Shown piece by piece: positions 44,549 to 54,261 of a DNA stretch of 64,000 nucleotides (its first letter is position 1; every line of letters begins with the position of its first letter). The position numbers were made by a program, and so were the translations under genes. A model generated the notes under the pieces. That model was not told the origin of the DNA and searched no databases. It was given only the letters and a program-made list of their open reading frames with translations. The DNA is taken from the NCBI GenBank assembly GCA_963825485.1, contig CAWGTK010000003.1, positions 1,429-65,428 on the forward strand. Direction: 5' to 3'. The DNA is from an uncultured Actinomycetes bacterium (GTDB lineage Bacteria > Actinomycetota > Thermoleophilia > Solirubrobacterales > Solirubrobacteraceae).

Positions 44549-45391
44549 TCAGGGGCGCAGGTCGAGGCGACTGGTGGGGGCGTTGCGAGCCCTGAGCGCG
44601 GAGCTTCCGAGGAAGCGCGTCTCGACGGTGATCGCATCGACGCCGGCCGGCAGCGAGAAGGCCTGGCCGCGCAGCCGGTAGCGGCATCCGGCGGTGGTCG
44701 CGACCGTCGCCCGCACGATGTCGCGGCTGTTCGCGAGGATCCGGATCAGCATCCGGCCGCCGCGGCAATTCGCCGTGGACGCGCGGGGGCGGATGATCGT
44801 GCCCTGCTCGTCGAGGCGGCAGCTCTGCCCGCCCTCCTGCGTCACATCGCAGCGCGCCTCGCTGCGCGTGGTCACCGCCCGCGGCGTGCGCACCGCGTGG
44901 CGATGCTCGCGCAGGCCGAGGCTGAAGTGCGCGTCGCCCGACTCGCGCTTGCCGTCGGCGCCCACCACGTCGCCGTAGCGGATCGAGACCAGCAGCATCG
45001 CGCGCGGCCGCGCGGCCGGCAGCGAGACGGTGAAGCGACGGTGGCTCTCGTCGAGCCGGTCGACGCGGAGGGCCGCCCCCGCCGCCGACCCGTCCGCACC
45101 CGCGTACCTGGCGACGACCGAGGTGACCGCGACGCCCGTGGCGATCGTCACGTTGCCGCCGCGGTGCACGGCGACGCGTGTCGCCGTCGCGGTGGGAACG
45201 CCGTCCGCGCAGAGGCTGGTGCCCGTCCCCTGCGGATCGGTGGTCGTACGGCAGTACGTGAAGAGCTTCGCCCTGACCGACACGCCGTGGCCGGTCGCGA
45301 CCAGCTGGTGCGCAGGGGACACGGCGTCGGCCTGAGCCGCGGCCGGGCAGGTAAGGGGCAGCAGCGCAAGCGTGAGCGCGAACAGCGTCAT
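44549..45391 (-). CDS. Secreted hypothetical protein
   Basis: MTLFALTLALLPLTCPAAAQA signal peptide, followed by a Cys-containing, beta-rich sequence. Confidence 0.55.
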   Translation of the reverse strand: MTLFALTLALLPLTCPAAAQADAVSPAHQLVATGHGVSVRAKLFTYCRTTTDPQGTGTSLCADGVPTATATRVAVHRGGNVTIATGVAVTSVVARYAGADGSAAGAALRVDRLDESHRRFTVSLPAARPRAMLLVSIRYGDVVGADGKRESGDAHFSLGLREHRHAVRTPRAVTTRSEARCDVTQEGGQSCRLDEQGTIIRPRASTANCRGGRMLIRILANSRDIVRATVATTAGCRYRLRGQAFSLPAGVDAITVETRFLGSSALRARNAPTSRLDLRP

Positions 45392-46025
45392 GCGATGGCG
45401 CCGGCGGGTCGCGTGACGTCCGGCGGGATGCAGCGCGGCGATGGACATGAACGCACCATATGGGCACGCGCCCGGCAGCGCCATCGGGAGCACGGGCGTG
45501 TGCCCGACCGCAGCGGGACCATCCGCGAGGCGCTCGCGGTGGCGCCGCGCGCGACCTGCCCGCAGGCTCGCGTGAACAGCGGCGCGCCCTTGTCCTTGAC
45601 GTCGACGTCGAGAATCGAGATGTTCGTCCCGGCGACCGGGGCGTGGTTGGTCATGAGGATGCGCTCGAGCGCGATCCGTCGGGCGCATGAGCGGTGCTCC
45701 AGCGTGAGCGGGCCGAACGCCGGTCGCGCTGCCGGCGGAATAGACGGCCGCTGCGCATGGCGACACGCTCGGGGAAGCCCGGGTCATTCGGGAACCGCGC
45801 GAGAACCTCGCCGTCGCCGAGGACGGCAGATGCGCCGGCCGGGGATCGCGAGCGCGGCGACGCCGCCGCGACGCTCAGCACGCGGCGGGCGGTGGGCGTG
45901 GCAAAGCATGGTGGCCTCCGTGGGATGGTCCGGCGCGGGGGCCGGCGCAGCATCTCCGAACGCGCGCGATTGCACGTCGGGCAGACCGCGGCGATGGTTC
46001 GGCCTCCCCCCGCGGCCGCCGGTCG

Positions 46026-46919
46026 TCAGGCGACGAGCACGAGCGCGTTGCCCGACGGGTCGCGTACGAGCGGGCCGTCCGGCGTGTCCTCGACGTGCCC
46101 CGCGCGATCGGCCCGCGCCAGCACGCGCTCGCGCTCGGCGTCGTCGGGCAGGACGATGGTGGCGTGACGCAGGGCCGCCCGGCCGGGCGGGGGCGGCGGC
46201 GCCCCGCGGCTCTCCCATGTGTTCGCGCCGATGTGGTGGTGGTAGCCGCCGGCGGAGAGAAACGCCGCCTGCGAGCCGAGCTGCGCCATCAGCCCGAACC
46301 CGAGCACGTCGCGGTAGAAGGCGACGGTGGAAGCGATGTCGGCGACCTTCAGATGCACGTGGCCCATCGCCGTCCGTGCCGTGAGGCCGGCGAAGGGCTC
46401 CGTGCGCGGGTCGTCGAGCTCGCCGAGCAGGTCCTCGACGTCGAGCGGGAGCGTGGTCAGGCGCACCGCGACCTGCCCCTCCCAGACCTCGCGCGGGCGG
46501 TCCCAGTAGATCTCGATCCCGTGGCCGTCGGGGTCGTCGAGGTACAGGGCCTCGCTGACGAAGTGGTCCGACAGGCCGGTGAGCCCGACCTGATCATGGG
46601 CGGCGTGCGCCAGCCAGCGCGCGAGGTCGGCGCGCTCGGCGAGCAGCAGCGCGAAGTGATACAGGCCGGTGTGGCCGGTCGCCGGTCGCGCCCCCCGCTC
46701 CTCGACGAGCACGAGCAGCTCGCGCTCACCGGCGCCGAGCGTGGCCCGGCCCGCGCCGATCTCCAGCGTGGCGAGTCCCACCGCGCTGCGGTAGTACTCC
46801 AGCGAGCGCTCGAGATCGGACACCGTCAGGTGCACGGCGCCGACCGTCGCCAGCGGCGAGATCTCGCCCGGCACGGCGGTGGCGGTCGCCTCGAGCTGCT
46901 CGGGATCACGCGGGCTCAT
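46026..46919 (-). CDS. Two-domain VOC-family ring-cleavage dioxygenase (MhqO/CatE-like)
   Basis: VGAVHLTVSDLERSLEYY..GLYHFALL; MGHVHLKVADIASTVAFY..HHHIGANTW. Confidence 0.85.
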   Translation of the reverse strand: MSPRDPEQLEATATAVPGEISPLATVGAVHLTVSDLERSLEYYRSAVGLATLEIGAGRATLGAGERELLVLVEERGARPATGHTGLYHFALLLAERADLARWLAHAAHDQVGLTGLSDHFVSEALYLDDPDGHGIEIYWDRPREVWEGQVAVRLTTLPLDVEDLLGELDDPRTEPFAGLTARTAMGHVHLKVADIASTVAFYRDVLGFGLMAQLGSQAAFLSAGGYHHHIGANTWESRGAPPPPPGRAALRHATIVLPDDAERERVLARADRAGHVEDTPDGPLVRDPSGNALVLVA

Positions 46920-47445
46920 CGGTACCTCCGGCGTCGCAGGTCTGCGCCGTGCGCGGTGCGAAGCGCCCGAACACGTGCGCCAGCGTGTGGATCTCGTCCT
47001 CCTCGAGCTGATCGAAGAATGCCGCCTGGACGGAGGCGAAGTGCGTTGCCTGCGCGCTGCGCACGAGCGCGAGTCCCGCGCCGTTGATCTGCGCGTGGAC
47101 GGCGCGCGCGTCGCTCGGGCAGGCGTGGCGGTCGACGAGGTTGCGCTCCTCGAGCACGCCGATGATCCGCGAGACGCGGCTGAGGCTCAGGCCCGACGCG
47201 CCCGCGAGCGCCGTGAGGTGCATCTGGCGATCGTCGGCTGCGGCGAGCCGTGCCAGCAGCTCGAGGCCGCTGAGGCTCAGGCCGTGCTTGGCGATGAGCT
47301 CGGCGTCGAGCGCGCGCGTGAGCTGTTTGTGGGTCTCGAGCAGGCCGATCCACGCGTCGGCGTGCGCCTCCGACCAGTGGGCGAGGCCCTGCTCGTCGGT
47401 CTCATACGAACAGCTGTGGGGCTTGGGGGTGAGCTTCTCCGGCAT
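46906..47445 (-). CDS. MarR-family transcription regulator
   Basis: LSLSGLELLARLAAADDRQMHLTALAGASGLSLSRVSRIIGVLEERNLVDR. Confidence 0.88.
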   Translation of the reverse strand: MPEKLTPKPHSCSYETDEQGLAHWSEAHADAWIGLLETHKQLTRALDAELIAKHGLSLSGLELLARLAAADDRQMHLTALAGASGLSLSRVSRIIGVLEERNLVDRHACPSDARAVHAQINGAGLALVRSAQATHFASVQAAFFDQLEEDEIHTLAHVFGRFAPRTAQTCDAGGTDEPA

Positions 47446-47480
47446 GTCTGGCCTCCTGCCACGTCAGGATAGCGCGAAAG

Positions 47481-47494
47481 GTTGCGCGCGCAAC
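47481..47494. promoter_or_regulatory. Perfect 14-bp palindrome GTTGCGCGCGCAAC in the MarR/YceI divergent intergenic region (candidate operator)
   Basis: Read directly. It lies 36 nt upstream of the marR-like start. Confidence 0.4.
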
Positions 47495-47554
47495 TATCTG
47501 TGCTACGGTTGCTCTAGCAAGCAAATCAGGCGCACCTCAGGAGGCACCACGAAA

Positions 47555-48103
47555 ATGAGCACTGCAACGATCGCCCCGACCGGAACCTGGACCGTCGACC
47601 CCACGCACTCTCGTGTCGGGTTCTCCGTCAAGCACCTCGGCATCGCCACCGTCCGCGGCACGTTCAATGAGTTCGAGGGCACGCTGGAGATCGGTGATGA
47701 CCTCACGACCGCCAAGGCCTACGGGACGGTCAAGACGGCATCGGTCGATACGAACGAGTCCAACCGTGACGACCACCTGCGCACCGCCGACTTCTTCGAC
47801 GCCGAGAACTACCCCGAGATCACGTTCGAATCGACGTCGATCGAGGCGATCGACGAGGACTCGCTGAAGATCCTCGGCAACCTCACGATCAGGGACGCCA
47901 CGAACGAGGTCGAGCTCCTCGCCGAGATCGGCGGCACCGAGCTCGATCCGTGGGGCAACGACCGCGTCGGCCTCGAGGCCGTCGGCAAGATCTCACGCGA
48001 CGACTTCGGGATCAAGTTCAACATGGCGCTCGGCAGCGGCAACGTCGCCGTCGGCGACAAGGTCACGCTGAGCCTCGACATCTCGGCCGTCAAGTCGGCG
48101 TAG
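47555..48103 (+). CDS. YceI-family polyisoprenoid-binding protein
   Basis: GGAGG SD; WTVDPTHSRVGFSVKHLGIATVRGTF..SNRDDHLR..FFD. Confidence 0.9.
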   Translation: MSTATIAPTGTWTVDPTHSRVGFSVKHLGIATVRGTFNEFEGTLEIGDDLTTAKAYGTVKTASVDTNESNRDDHLRTADFFDAENYPEITFESTSIEAIDEDSLKILGNLTIRDATNEVELLAEIGGTELDPWGNDRVGLEAVGKISRDDFGIKFNMALGSGNVAVGDKVTLSLDISAVKSA

Positions 48104-48192
48104 GGACCAGCTCACGCTCGCAACCGGGCCGGCGGTGACTGCTCCCGCCGCCGTCCCGAGCGGCATTTGCGCACTGCCACACTGTTCGAGCC

Positions 48193-49020
48193 GTGGCCGA
48201 CCCGCTCGTCATCCAGTGCGCGATCACCGGGTCGATCGATCCTGACCCCGAGCGCCGGCCGAACCTGCCGTCCACGCCGCACGCGATCGTCGACGCGGCG
48301 CTCGACGCGTGGCGGGCCGGGGCCGCCGTCCTGCATCTGCACGCGCGGCAGCTCGACGGCACGCCGACGCAGGACCGCGAGGCCTATCGCGTCCTCGTCG
48401 AGGCGCTGCGCGAGGCGGGCTGCGAGGCGATCGTCAACCTCTCGTGCGGCAGCGCCGGCGGGCGCGCGGTGCGCGACGAGCGGCTTGGCCCGCTCGAGCT
48501 CGCCCCCGAGATGGCGAGCTTCGACTGCGGTTCGATCAACTTCCGCGAGCAGCTCTTCGAAGGCGACCTGCCGTTCCTGCGGCGCATGGCCGCGCGATTT
48601 CGCGAGTTCGGCGTGCGCCCCGAGGTCGAGTGCTTCGACACCGGACACGTCGGCCTCGCCCTGCAGCTGCGTGACGAGGGCCTGCTCGACGCGCCGATGG
48701 TCATGCAGTTCGTCGTCGGCGTGCCGGGCAGCGGGGTCCCCGCCACCGTCGAGATGATCGAGCACCTGCGGCGGATGATCCCCGCCGACTGGCCCTGGTC
48801 GGTGTGCGCGATCGGACGCGCGCAGCTGGCGCTGAACGCCTACTGCATCCTCGCCGGCGGCCACGTGCGCACCGGCTTGGAGGACAACCTCTGGTTTCGC
48901 CGCGGCGAGCCGGCGACGAACGCCATGCTCGTCGAGCGGATCGTGCGGATCGCGGGCGAGCTCGACCGGCCGGTCGCCACGCCCGCCGAGGCGCGCACCC
49001 TCCTGGGCCTGCCAGGCTGA
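48193..49020 (+). CDS. BKACE-family (3-keto-5-aminohexanoate cleavage, DUF849) enzyme
   Basis: IQCAITGS..AGAAVLHLHAR..ECFDTGH..GGHVRTGLEDNL. Confidence 0.88.
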   Translation: MADPLVIQCAITGSIDPDPERRPNLPSTPHAIVDAALDAWRAGAAVLHLHARQLDGTPTQDREAYRVLVEALREAGCEAIVNLSCGSAGGRAVRDERLGPLELAPEMASFDCGSINFREQLFEGDLPFLRRMAARFREFGVRPEVECFDTGHVGLALQLRDEGLLDAPMVMQFVVGVPGSGVPATVEMIEHLRRMIPADWPWSVCAIGRAQLALNAYCILAGGHVRTGLEDNLWFRRGEPATNAMLVERIVRIAGELDRPVATPAEARTLLGLPG

Positions 49021-49060
49021 CGCGCGCGCGGCTGGGCCTCCGGCAGCGGTACCGCTAGTG

Positions 49061-49234
49061 CTAGTCCCTGCGCAGGAGCTGCTTGAACTTTGCGGCGGCG
49101 CCGCCGACGGCGTCCTTGACCTTGCCCGAGGCGCGATCGACCTTGCCCTCGTCCTTGAGCTCCTGGTTGCCGGTGAGGTCGCCGAGCGCCTCCTTCGTGC
49201 GGCCCTTGGCCTCGTCCGTCGTTCCGTCAGACAT
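49061..49234 (-). CDS. CsbD-family stress protein (57 aa)
   Basis: AAGGAGA SD; MSDGTTDEAKGRTKEALGDLTGNQELKDEGKVDRASGKVKDAVG. Confidence 0.85.
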   Translation of the reverse strand: MSDGTTDEAKGRTKEALGDLTGNQELKDEGKVDRASGKVKDAVGGAAAKFKQLLRRD

Positions 49235-49264
49235 CTGGTCTCCTTCGAGTGGGATACGCCGTCC

Positions 49265-49290
49265 GTACCCGGTCGGCTGCCGCGCACACT
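49265..49290 (-). promoter_or_regulatory. Possible SigB/SigF-type promoter for the csbD-like gene
   Basis: The minus strand reads GTGT-N15-GGGTAC about 30 nt upstream of the start (consensus recalled as GTTT-N15-GGGTAT). Confidence 0.25.
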
Positions 49291-49610
49291 GCGGACACTC
49301 GGCCGTGGCGTCCAGCGGCGGGCGCGGCCGCCCCGCGGCCCGCGATCGCGTCGCCGCCACGACTGTGACGGGCATGATCGAGTGACACCTCGAGCCCGCC
49401 CACTCGGTGGCCTGTCAGTGCTTCATGGCATACACGAACGAGCGACACCCGGCCGCCGTGCGGTTGCCCAGCTGTCAATCGATCATGCGCCACGGCGCGA
49501 CGATCGCTCGCCCGGCAGGCGGGAGTCCGCCCGGGCGTAGTCGTCGCACTCCCGGCGCGGTTCGCAGGAACCGCCTCGAGATATTGGCGCTGTGACCAAT
49601 TCTCTAGGCT

Positions 49611-50306
49611 GTGCGGTCGATGCGCTGGCTGGCCACCAACAGCGAGGGCTACGCGGCGCCGGCGGCGCTGGCCACCGACGTCGTCGTGCTGACCGTGCGC
49701 GCGGAGGGTCTGCTCGCGCTCACCGTCGCCCGCGACGGCGACGCCGACGAGCGCGCGCTGCCCGGCGGCTTCGTCGGCCTCGGCGAGCGGCCCTCGGACA
49801 CGGCGCTGCGCAAGCTGCACGAGAAGACCGGGCTCGAAGCGCCCTACGTCGAGCAGCTCGGTGCGTTCGCCGACCCGGACCGCGACGCGCGCGGCTGGAT
49901 CCCCTCGATCGCCTACCTCGCGCCGGTCCCGCCCGCGACCGTCGTGCCCGACCCGAGCGCGCGCTGGATCCCCGCGCACGGCGACACGTCGCTGGCCTTC
50001 GACCATCGCGAGGTCCTCGACGCCGCCGTCGAGCGCCTCGAGGGCAAGCTGTGGTGGTCGAACATCACGGTCGGGATGCTGCCCGGCGCGTTCACGCTCA
50101 GCGACGCGCGGCGCGTCTACGAGGCGATCGCCCAGACGCGCTATGACCCGGCGACGTTCGGCCGCGACCTCAAGGCCACCGGCCTGATCGAGGCGACCGG
50201 CGCGCAGCGGGCGACAGGGCCGGGCCGCCCCGCCGCGATGTACCGCTTCACGTCCAACCGTCCCGAGTGGGGCGCCGGGCGACGCAAGCGCATCGCCGCC
50301 GTGTGA
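49611..50306 (+). CDS. NrtR-like regulator: degenerate Nudix domain plus C-terminal winged HTH
   Basis: The Nudix box is degenerate (GGFVGLGERPSDTALRKLHEKTG). C-terminal TLSDARRVYEAIAQTRYDPATFGRDLKATGLIE. Confidence 0.75.
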   Translation: MRSMRWLATNSEGYAAPAALATDVVVLTVRAEGLLALTVARDGDADERALPGGFVGLGERPSDTALRKLHEKTGLEAPYVEQLGAFADPDRDARGWIPSIAYLAPVPPATVVPDPSARWIPAHGDTSLAFDHREVLDAAVERLEGKLWWSNITVGMLPGAFTLSDARRVYEAIAQTRYDPATFGRDLKATGLIEATGAQRATGPGRPAAMYRFTSNRPEWGAGRRKRIAAV

Positions 50307-50427
50307 GGATGACCGCCGACCCGCGAGGGCCGAACCCCGCGCCAGCGCTCGCCGACATCCGCATCGACCGCTGACGACCGGGGAATCACGGGTTCACGGT
50401 CGCCGCGGCGACCGTGAACCCCTCCGC

Positions 50428-52614
50428 CTACTCGCGCTCGATCGCCAACTGCGGCATCTTGCGCACCAGCCACGCGGGCGCCCACCAGGCCTTGCGCCCG
50501 ACGACCTGCATGAGGGCCGGCACGAGCAGGCAGCGGATGACGAGCGCGTCGAGCAGGACCGCCATCGCCAGCCCGATGCCGAACTCCTTGATGACCCGCT
50601 CGGGCGTCAGGGCGAACGCCACGAACACGACGATCATGATCAGTGCGGCGGCCGTGATCACGCGCCCGGTCGTCGCGACGCCGTTGCGGATCGCCAGCGA
50701 CGCGTCGCCCGTGCGCAGCCACTCCTCGCGCACCCGCGTCATGAGGAACATCTCGTAGTCCATGCTCAGGCCGAAGACGATCGCGAACGTCATGACCGGC
50801 ACGAACGACTCGATCGGGCCGGCCCCGACGCCGAGCGCGCCGGCCATGAAGCCGTCCTGGAAGACGAGCGTCAGGAAGCCGAGCGCGGCGCCGATCGACA
50901 GCAGGTTCATGATCGCGGCCTTGATCGGGATGAACACGCTGCGGAACACCGCCATCAGCAGCAGCGCGCTGAGCAGCACCACCATTGCGACGAACAGCGG
51001 CAGCTTGTCGGCGATGACGCTCGTGAAGTCCTCCTGCGAGGCGACCTGGCCGCCCACGAAGATCTCCGCGCCGGTCTCACGCTCCAGCGGCGGCAGGATC
51101 TCGCCGCGCAATCGCTCCAGCAGCCGTGTCGTCTCCTCCTCCCGTGGCCCGCTCTTGGGGAACATCACGATCGTCGCGATCTCGCCGTCCTTCGACAGCT
51201 GCGGCGGCGTCACCTGCGCGACGTCGGGATCGCGCGAGACGGCGTCGGCCATGCGCTGCGCGGCCGCCGTGTCGCCCCTGCGCTGCAGGTCGGCCGCGAG
51301 CAGGAACGACCCGCTCGTGCCGGCGCCGAAGCCGTCGGCGATGATGTCGTAGGCCTCGCGCGTTGTCGTGCCGGGCGGGTCGAGGCCGGCGTCGGAGGTG
51401 CCCAGGCGCATGTGCAGGGCGGGAATCGCGAGGCCGAGCAGGATGATCAGCGCCAGCGCGATCGCTGCCCACGGACGCTTCTGGACGGCCTCCGCCCAGC
51501 GTCCCCAGGCCGGGCTGTAGCCGGAGACGCCGATCGCGGTGGCCTTCTCGTTGGCGGCCGCCTGGCGGCGCTTCTGGCCGGGCAACGGCACGTGCAGGCG
51601 GTCGATCCACTTGCCCGAGCGGCTCAGCAGCGCGGGCAGCAGCGTCAGTGCGGCGAGCATCGTCAGCCCGACCGCGATCGCCGACGCGACGGCGGCCCCG
51701 TGCAGGAACGAGAGGCCGAGCAGCAGCAGCCCGAGCAGCGCGATGATCACCGTGCAGCCGGCGAAGAAGACCGTGCGGCCGGCCGTGTCCATCGCCAGCA
51801 GCAGCGCCTCTTCGCGATCGAGGCCGCGGGCGTGCTCGGCGCGGTAGCGCGTGACGACGATCAGCGCGTAGTCGATCCCGACGCCGATGCCGATCAGCGC
51901 GGCGAGCTGGCCTGCGAACTCGGGCGTGTCGACGACGTGCGAGATCAACGGCACGAAGCCGAACGTCGCGCCGATCGCGAAGGCGGCGGTGAGCAGCGGG
52001 ATGCCGGCCGCGATGAGCGACCCGAACATCACGAGCAGGACGAAGAACGCGGCGAGGAAGCCGATGAACTCCGTCGCGCCCTGCTCCTGCTCGCCGTAGC
52101 GCACGAACTGCGCTCCGGTGCCGCCATGCTCGACCTGCAGCCCGGCGCCGCGCGCGGTGAACGCCGCCTCCTGGACGCTCTTGAAGTCCTCGGGCTCGAG
52201 CTCTTCGAAGTCCTCCTGGTAGGTGACGTCGACGACGCCGGTGCGCCCGTCGGGCGTCAGGCGCGGGGCCGCGACGTCGACGACGATCGGGTCCTGGCGT
52301 ACGAGCTCGAGCGAGCGGTCGATGCGCGCGCGCAGGGCGGAGTCCTCCAGCGTGCCGTCGCGGGCGACGTAGACGAGCTGGTCGACCAGCCCGTTCTGCT
52401 GCGGCGAGTGCTCGGCGAGCACGTCGTAGGCGCGCTGGGACTCCGTGCCGGGGAGGCGGAAGTCATCGATCTTGGCGGTGCCGACGGTCGAGCCGAGCAC
52501 GCTCACGGCGACGACGAGCAGCACCCATCCGAGGAACGTCTGCCAGCGGTGGTGGGCACACCAGCGGGAGACGCGGATGAAGCGGGAGTGGGAATGTGAT
52601 GCAGGGGTGGACAT
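50428..52614 (-). CDS. MMPL-family (RND superfamily) transporter
   Basis: 12-TM pattern with GIDYALIVVTRY and GLSMDYEMFLMTRVRE. Confidence 0.9.
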   Translation of the reverse strand: MSTPASHSHSRFIRVSRWCAHHRWQTFLGWVLLVVAVSVLGSTVGTAKIDDFRLPGTESQRAYDVLAEHSPQQNGLVDQLVYVARDGTLEDSALRARIDRSLELVRQDPIVVDVAAPRLTPDGRTGVVDVTYQEDFEELEPEDFKSVQEAAFTARGAGLQVEHGGTGAQFVRYGEQEQGATEFIGFLAAFFVLLVMFGSLIAAGIPLLTAAFAIGATFGFVPLISHVVDTPEFAGQLAALIGIGVGIDYALIVVTRYRAEHARGLDREEALLLAMDTAGRTVFFAGCTVIIALLGLLLLGLSFLHGAAVASAIAVGLTMLAALTLLPALLSRSGKWIDRLHVPLPGQKRRQAAANEKATAIGVSGYSPAWGRWAEAVQKRPWAAIALALIILLGLAIPALHMRLGTSDAGLDPPGTTTREAYDIIADGFGAGTSGSFLLAADLQRRGDTAAAQRMADAVSRDPDVAQVTPPQLSKDGEIATIVMFPKSGPREEETTRLLERLRGEILPPLERETGAEIFVGGQVASQEDFTSVIADKLPLFVAMVVLLSALLLMAVFRSVFIPIKAAIMNLLSIGAALGFLTLVFQDGFMAGALGVGAGPIESFVPVMTFAIVFGLSMDYEMFLMTRVREEWLRTGDASLAIRNGVATTGRVITAAALIMIVVFVAFALTPERVIKEFGIGLAMAVLLDALVIRCLLVPALMQVVGRKAWWAPAWLVRKMPQLAIERE

Positions 52615-52711
52615 TCACCCATCCTGCCCGATGGCGCGGCGTGATGGTGTGTCCGACATCTCACTTCGGCCGCGCCGCCGATGAGCCAAGATGCAGAGCA
52701 TGGGAGGCGCG

Positions 52712-53191
52712 ATGGAGATCGAGCGGAAGTTCCTGCTGAACGGCGTCCCGCCGACGATGCGCTTCGCCCACCGCCAGCCGATCCGCCAGGGCTACCTCGC
52801 GCTCGACGGCGACACCGAGGTGCGGCTGCGCATCACGGCGAAGGGCGCCGTCATGACGATCAAGGCGGGCCGCGGCGGCGTCCGCGTCGAGGAGGAGATC
52901 CCCCTGCAAACGCGGCAGGCCGAGGCGCTGTGGGCGCTCACGGAGGGCCGGCGCGTGCAGAAGACGCGGCGCACGGTGCGGCTCGCCGGCCCGGCGGACG
53001 GCCCCGACCTGACCGCCGAGGTCGACGAGTACGCCGGTGCGCTGGACGGGCTCGTCGTCGTGGAGGTCGAGTTCCCCGACGAGCAGACGGCGCGCGGATT
53101 CGAACCCCCGGCGTGGTTCGGTCGTGAGCTGACCGACGACTGGCGCTACGCCAACCGCAGCCTGGCCAGCGACGGGATGCCCGCGGAATGA
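52712..53191 (+). CDS. CYTH-domain protein (triphosphatase/class IV cyclase fold)
   Basis: GGGAGG SD; MEIERKFLL signature; EVDEYAG..VVVEVEF. Confidence 0.85.
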   Translation: MEIERKFLLNGVPPTMRFAHRQPIRQGYLALDGDTEVRLRITAKGAVMTIKAGRGGVRVEEEIPLQTRQAEALWALTEGRRVQKTRRTVRLAGPADGPDLTAEVDEYAGALDGLVVVEVEFPDEQTARGFEPPAWFGRELTDDWRYANRSLASDGMPAE

Positions 53192-53603
53192 CCGCCGCGC
53201 GCCTGCGGCCGTTCGCCACGACGCTCGTCGGCGAGATGTCCGCGCTCGCCACGCGGACGGACGGGCGGCCGCGCCGGGCGCGCGGGTGCTCGTGCTCAAC
53301 TCGCCGCCCCACCCGCCCGGGCGCGTGCTGACCCGCGCCGAGCTCGCGGGCGTCGCGCGGGTCTGCGTCGAGCATGACCTCGTCGAGGTCAGCCTACGAG
53401 CACCTCGTCTACGACGGCGAGCACGTCCCGCTGGCCCCGCTGCCCGGCTCGGCCGAACGCTCCCTGACGATCCAGCGCCGGCACGTCGTTCTCGTTCATC
53501 ACCGGCTGGAAGGCTCGTGCGCTTCGCGTTCTGCAAGCGCCCGGAGGTCATCGACGCGGCGGTCGGCCGGCTGCTGCGCGCCGGACGCGCGATGGTCGGT
53601 TAG
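53188..53603 (+). pseudogene. Class I/II aminotransferase (DapC/MalY-like) reduced to ~140 codons by internal deletions and frameshifts
   Basis: Pieces lie in different frames: MTAARLRPFATTLVGEMSALA, VLVLNSPPHPPGRVLTRAELAGVARVCVEHDL, YEHLVYDGEHVPLAPLPGSAERSLTI, FSFITGWK, VRFAFCKRPEVIDAAVGRL. Confidence 0.7.
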
Positions 53604-53613
53604 CGTCCGGTTC

Positions 53614-54064
53614 ATGGCGAAGCTCTCCGACAGCGCAAGCACCGAGATATGAGGCCCCGATCGACGCCGTCTGGGCGGTCGTGCAGGACGTGGCGGCATG
53701 GCCCGAGTGGCAGGCGACGCTCGGCTCGCTGGACATCCTCGAGACCGACGGTGACGGCCGGGCGACGCTCTGCGCCGTCGAGTTCGACGCAAAGGTCACG
53801 AAGATCAAGATGAAGCTCGAGTGCTCCTACTCGTCCCCGGCGAAGATGTCGTTCGAGCGCGTCTCGGGCGACCTGTCGGCGCTGTCGGGCTCGTGGACGC
53901 TGTCCGATCTCGGCGCCGCGCACACGGCCGTCACCTACCAGCTCGACGTCAACCCGGGCGGGGTCCTGAACTTCCTGCTCAACGAGGAGCGCATCGGCAA
54001 GCTGCGCGAGCTGCTCGTCGACTCGCGGCCGCCGGAGCTCAAGGCGCGGGTCGAGGGGACGTGA
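53614..54064 (+). pseudogene. SRPBCC (polyketide cyclase/dehydrase-like) gene with a 1-nt frameshift near 53650
   Basis: MAKLSDSASTEI then stop. The next frame continues EAPIDAVWAVVQDVAAWPEWQ... to 54064. This could be a sequencing indel. Confidence 0.6.
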
Positions 54065-54261
54065 CGCAAGGAAGGTCCCGAGGTTCCGAACGAGGGGATT
54101 AGGCGGTAGGGTGCTGAGCTTGCGGCCCGACGGTTAGGCCGCGAGGAGTGGGCGGGACGCATGAGCGCATGAGCGGCGCGGCGTCGGCCGAGCATCGCCA
54201 AGGACGTGCGAGCGACCGACTGTACGCGCGAACCGGAGTGATGGGGCGGGGGGCCAGGCGG

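Noticed and set aside
45392-46025. Possible esterase-type gene downstream of the VOC dioxygenase (GGAGG SD + ATG at 45909)
   Set aside because: Plausible peptide stretches (MLCHAHRPP..., AVLGDGEVLARFPNDPGFPERV..., HAPVAGTNISILDVDVKDKGAPLF...) lie in three different frames, each ending after 40-90 codons. No family motif could be recognised, so the region is left unannotated as probable decay.
54085-54160. TPP-riboswitch-like fragment (GGGTGCTGAG...GGTTAGGCCGCGAGGAG) upstream of the CAP-domain gene
   Set aside because: It lacks the ACCC...AACCTGATC pyrimidine-sensor and linker segments. The downstream gene also has no thiamine link, so this is probably a chance resemblance.
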